NCBI GenBank assembly: GCA_000934665.2
Contig: KZ538217.1
Location: forward strand, 62,001 to 98,693
Direction of reading: 5' to 3'
Length of the DNA stretch: 36,693 nt
Source: Catajapyx aquilonaris
Lineage: Eukaryota
Every line of letters starts with the position of its first letter. The stretch's first letter is position 1. Made by a program: the position numbers and the translations under genes. The notes beneath the pieces are model-generated. The model was not told the DNA's origin and did no database searches. It was given only the letters and a program-made list of their open reading frames with translations. Shown piece by piece: positions 32,404-36,693 of the stretch.

Positions 32404-34125
32404 ATGGAGCCTTTGAGGAAGAGCCCCAGGAAAAGTGCCGCAGCTCAGTCTCCCCAGAAGCGTGCGAGGATCCAACTCTTTAAGGATAACGACAGTTCCA
32501 ACAGTATTTCAACTACGCCACCTCGGAAGACTCGCTACCCTGCAACACCAAAGTCGGGTTCTAAAGAAGATACGTCAAAGCCCATCTTAACACCAAAGCG
32601 GGTAAAGCAGCTGGCTTTGCCTGATTCTCCAGAGAGCCGCACCAGTGGAGATACGTCAAAGTCCAACGTGACTCCAAAGCGTGTGAAGCAGCTGACTTCC
32701 AATGCGGATTCTCCAGAGAGCTGCAGTTCCAGGACCAATGGAACATCTGAAGTGCCTCGGACTCCTACCGCCAAGTCTCGCGGTGCTAATGCTGCGACTC
32801 CAAAGTCTGTTGGATCTGTAAAGTTCAACTTGACTCCCAAGCGTGTAAGGGAACTTGCTTCAACGCCTGAGGCGCCGCGGACCTCCTCTAGATCCAACCC
32901 AGGGACACCATCAACACCTTACAATCTCCGTCGTCGCATCCAGAAGCAATTTGAGAAAGCGCTGGAAGAGAGCGACTTGAGCGACAGTGAAAGCGATTAC
33001 AATCCGTCGGACTCCGAGAGTGAATCGGAAGTGTCGGAGCAAGAGCTTGAAGAAGATGATCCGTTTCCTGTGTCAACACCTAAGCGGACCCGAAAGAGGA
33101 ACGTGCACGATGGTGATGACTCTGAAGATATTGAGTCGTACTTTTCAGCGCAGGGAAAGCAGCATACATCAAGCCACACTCTTGGGCGACTTCGCAATCC
33201 GCAGTTGTCTCGTGCTACTGTACATTGGGCAGTGTCGTCGCGAGTTGCGGACCATGCTGCACAGCGTAAAGAACTTACTCAGGAACACTTGGAGTCGTTC
33301 TCAAAGTGGATGGTGATGCTGAACGAAGGCTACAATTTGATCCTGTATGGCCTTGGATCGAAACGCAACGTACTAGATGCATTCCGCGCGAAAATGTGTT
33401 CAGCTTATGATGTCATTGTGGTTGACGGATGCTTTCCGTCATTAAGTATCAAGCAGGTGCTGGATAACATATCAGAGGAATTTCTGGGCCATGACGGATC
33501 ATTCGGTACGACCTTAGAACAGGCGACGTTCATCGCAAAACATGTTACCATACCGCTTGTATTGTTAGTACACAACATGGACGGTCCAGCACTGAAAGAC
33601 GAAGGTGCGCAGATGGCATTTGCGACGCTAGCAAGTGTGCGTAACATACTCTTGATCGCCTCGATTGATCACGTTAATGCCAAGTTACTATGGGATCACA
33701 ACAAGTTGTCCCGCATGTGCGTCAAGTGGGTGGATGCCACCACTTTCGCGCCTTACTTGGACGAGACCGCTTTCGAGGACATGATCCTGCTGAACCAGAA
33801 CAACACCCTTGCTCTGTCGTCTCTCACACACGTGTTCTGCTCGCTAACTCCAAACACGAAGAAGATCTTTCTACTTATCCTGCGCCACCAGATGGAAAAT
33901 CCGTCCGACTTGTCATGTCCTGGAATCGCATTTTCCGAGCTATACCAGAGCTGTCGAGAGGCGTTTCTGGTCAACTCCGACTTGACATTGCGGGCACAAC
34001 TGACCGAGTTTAAGGATCACAAACTGATCAAGATGAAGAAAGGAGCGGACGGGATGGAGTACCTGGTGGTGCCTCTCAGTGAAAAGACCATAGCCGAGTT
34101 TTTAGAGAAGCAGTCGAACGAGTAG
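32404..34125 (+). CDS. ORC2: Origin recognition complex subunit 2, single coding exon (573 aa)
   Basis: ORC2 motifs YF...TSSHTL, GYNLILYGLGSKRNVL, LLVHNMDG, LIASIDHVNAKLLWD, DATTFAPY..ET, FLVNSDLTLRAQLTEFKDHKLI. Acceptor at 32358; AATAAA at 34186-34191. Confidence 0.97.
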   Translation: MEPLRKSPRKSAAAQSPQKRARIQLFKDNDSSNSISTTPPRKTRYPATPKSGSKEDTSKPILTPKRVKQLALPDSPESRTSGDTSKSNVTPKRVKQLTSNADSPESCSSRTNGTSEVPRTPTAKSRGANAATPKSVGSVKFNLTPKRVRELASTPEAPRTSSRSNPGTPSTPYNLRRRIQKQFEKALEESDLSDSESDYNPSDSESESEVSEQELEEDDPFPVSTPKRTRKRNVHDGDDSEDIESYFSAQGKQHTSSHTLGRLRNPQLSRATVHWAVSSRVADHAAQRKELTQEHLESFSKWMVMLNEGYNLILYGLGSKRNVLDAFRAKMCSAYDVIVVDGCFPSLSIKQVLDNISEEFLGHDGSFGTTLEQATFIAKHVTIPLVLLVHNMDGPALKDEGAQMAFATLASVRNILLIASIDHVNAKLLWDHNKLSRMCVKWVDATTFAPYLDETAFEDMILLNQNNTLALSSLTHVFCSLTPNTKKIFLLILRHQMENPSDLSCPGIAFSELYQSCREAFLVNSDLTLRAQLTEFKDHKLIKMKKGADGMEYLVVPLSEKTIAEFLEKQSNE

Positions 34126-34338
34126 AAACTCGTGAGTCGTACTCAGTTTATAATGGTCGATATTTTTGTACTTTTTTTTAATTGAAATAAATCTCACTCG
34201 ATGGAAACAGTCATTTTGTTAGATAGGTTGTGGTCTATTGCGATAATTCGGCACATTATAGTAAGTAAATTTTTCTATTCGTCTTTTCACCAGATTAATG
34301 AAGAAATTAATTGCTTTATTTTATTCCAGTGCATCGTC

Positions 34339-36693
34339 ATGTTGCCGCTGACGTGTCCCCTATGCTGCGAGTGTCACTTCGACACCTGGTCGGACTTGCA
34401 CTCTCATCTGGCCTCGTTAATTAACGATGGCATGACATGTCCCAAGTGCAACGTGAGGCTTGGTATGGATGAGATTCTCTCGCATGTAAAGTCGCATGCG
34501 GATGATGAAATGATGCCGGGCGATATGCTGGGAATTATGGAGGAGGTGGAGGTTGGAGATGAGACGTCGGCAACTGACATGTCTTCGGCTGTGGAGGACG
34601 AGGCTGCTAATTCCGATGATGAGTCGGGCGGAGAAGACGAGTATTGTTGCGCTAAGTGCGGCAAGTTTCTGATGGGTACGGATGGTCTTACGCAGCATGA
34701 GGCTGCCTGCATAAGCGGCGACATGGACTGCGACGTCGACGACTTGGAAACATCCGCTGGCTTAGCAAATTCTAATGACAAGTTGGGAACAAGCGTCAAC
34801 GATGCAAACATTGCCTTTTGCACCATTATTCACGATCCAAGCGTTAAGTGCAATGAATTGGGCACCGCGGATTCCCAGGAAACGACGGCCTTCAGCGTCT
34901 TTCCTACCTCCGCTGGACCACCGCCTGAAACTTTGGACAAGTTCACAGTCGAGGATCCGGAGAAGACTGTCCTACTAGTGATGCCGTCAGAGTCCGGCGA
35001 ATCGAAGCTTGAACCGCAAAAATTCCAGATCCTCTACAAGGAAGCGGATGCGCCGCAAAACCATCAAACTCCGAGTTCCTCTAATTTCGACAACAACAAG
35101 GAGGTGTTCATTTACATCACAAATCCAGACCAGGTGAGTAATTTCTATTAATTGTTACGCTGCATGGTGATGATAATATGATCGGCAGGTGGTGGACATC
35201 ATTAGCTGCAGGAAATGCCGCTGCACCTTCTCCGTCTCGGAGTGGAGACGCCACCATAGCACTTGCGGAAAAATCAAGACGCAAGTTAGGAAGGTTCAGG
35301 TCTCGCCGAAGACGCATCTTCTGGACAAGCTCTGGTGCGAATCATGCGGCAAGAATTGGCCGAAAGAGGAATGGGGAAAGCATGTGGCCCTTCTGGTCAT
35401 GTGTGAGGTTTGCGACAAGTACGTGAACCACGCGCTAGTAGACAGACATGTGGAGTGGCTGCACAAGGATATGACAAGCTTCCAGTGCGATGTGTGCGAA
35501 GAGAGCTTCGAACGCGCTTCTCTCAGGTGTGTTTACATACGTATCTGCGTTTACATATGAGCGATTGTTACTTTCGCTCAAGTTGCTCATATGTAAATCA
35601 GTAAATGCGGCATTTGGGCTGTTCTAATTGTTAAACTCTTACAGATTGCAGCATATGAGCGAAGCCCATCCGGAAGTAAAATGTCTTTATTCGACCAGAG
35701 AGAAAGCGCCGCCCATTAAAAATTCGGTTCAGGCGGTCAACCAGCTGCGGTTTCTCTGCCCGTACTGCTGGGAAGTGTTTTCTACCTCGGAGCTGCTACG
35801 CAAGCATGTGCGGACACATTTGGCGCATGTTCCTACCACGTGCGTGTACTGCCCGAGAAGATTCACGTCGCCTGTGGAATGCTGGGAACATGAGCGGATA
35901 CATTGCAATAGTGGGAAGCCGTACGTGTGTCACTTCTGTACGAGCGTGTTTGCAACGAATGAGGCTTGTACGCATCATATGAACGCACATGCGGATAGTC
36001 CGAGCGAGCCGAGATATGAGGAGGCGGTGTTGAGTGACGGTGTGTGTCAGGCGTGTGGCATGGTGGTTGACCCGCGGGACTGGCCAGCTCATGCTCAGAT
36101 ACTAGTAAAGTGTGATGTGTGTTTAAAGCACGTTCAGCACATTGTGCTGGATCGACATGTGTCAATACGGCACAGTAGCGTGTGCCTGCTGCGATGTCCG
36201 CTGTGTGACGATGCATTCACTAAGCCATCTGAAAAGTTGCAACACATGTTGACTCACACGCAAGACATCCAGGCGAGCGTACAAAAAGAAACGTGCCTCA
36301 CATGTCCTGTGTGCCAAAAAGTGTTTGTTCGTAGCCAGTGGTTTAAGATGCATTTGAGCCAACATGAAGCGCCACAGCAGTACGCATGCTCGCAGTGTGC
36401 CCGTCGCTTCCGCACTGAGCAAGCGCTACTTCGACACGAGGCGAAACACCCCGAATACAGCCGGTACATGTGTCCGCACTGTCCACGCACCTACCTTTCA
36501 TCAGTGGATTTGAAGTTGCACTACTTCTGTCATCTGTGCCGTACAGAAGCTCCCGAGGATTTGTCGAACCAGCCGAGCTTTCCAGGCGAGGAAATACAAG
36601 AACCCGTCTCCTCTGATCTAATGGAGGAGATGTACGTGTGCGAGGCTTGCGACCAACAGGTGCCACTCGAGCACTACGTACGCCACAGGAAGC
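34339..36693 (+). CDS. Gene D: N-terminal CPLCC double finger + acidic linker + mixed C2HC/C2H2 fingers, running off the window. Exons 34339-35133, 35189-35526, 35645->36693
   Basis: MLPLTCPLCCECHF...HL...CPKC...H..SH. The third exon (absent from the ORF track because it has no stop) reads LQHMSEAH...FLCPYCWEVFSTSELLRKHVRTH... and appears open to the end. Confidence 0.88.
35546..35611. mobile_element. Internally deleted MITE family 1 copy (intronic)
   Basis: ctgcgtttacatatgagcgattgttactttcgctcaagttgctcatatgtaaat...gcggc. Confidence 0.65.

Noticed and set aside
34201..34338. Gene D start at ATG 34201
   Set aside because: Overlaps the ORC2 3' end and an AT-rich tract ending in an acceptor; 34339 directly precedes the conserved module. 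Not fully excluded.

Overview
Gene-dense eukaryotic genomic DNA, probably an arthropod (inferred from the many 55-130 nt GT-AG introns and the gene content). It holds two housekeeping genes: adenosine kinase, with two candidate alternative first exons, and ORC2, whose CDS is intronless. Around them lies a cluster of THAP-domain and C2H2 zinc-finger genes. Three genes (A, B, C) share the architecture THAP / atypical 'CPLCC' double zinc finger / HCF-binding motif [DE]HxY / C2H2 array, and a fourth (D) starts with the CPLCC module. Reading the splice sites suggests exon-level diversification of DNA binding. Gene B has two alternative N-terminal THAP half-exons that both need the same downstream exon. 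Gene C can end in either of two paralogous finger arrays, one an intronless copy inside its own intron. ORC2 likewise appears to sit in the 5'-UTR intron of gene D. Also present: two P-transposase-like THAP/coiled-coil genes, an orphan gene, a tRNA-derived SINE with a target-site duplication, many MITEs (some nested), a minisatellite and a 12-N gap. All exon models were read by eye and none is transcript-verified.
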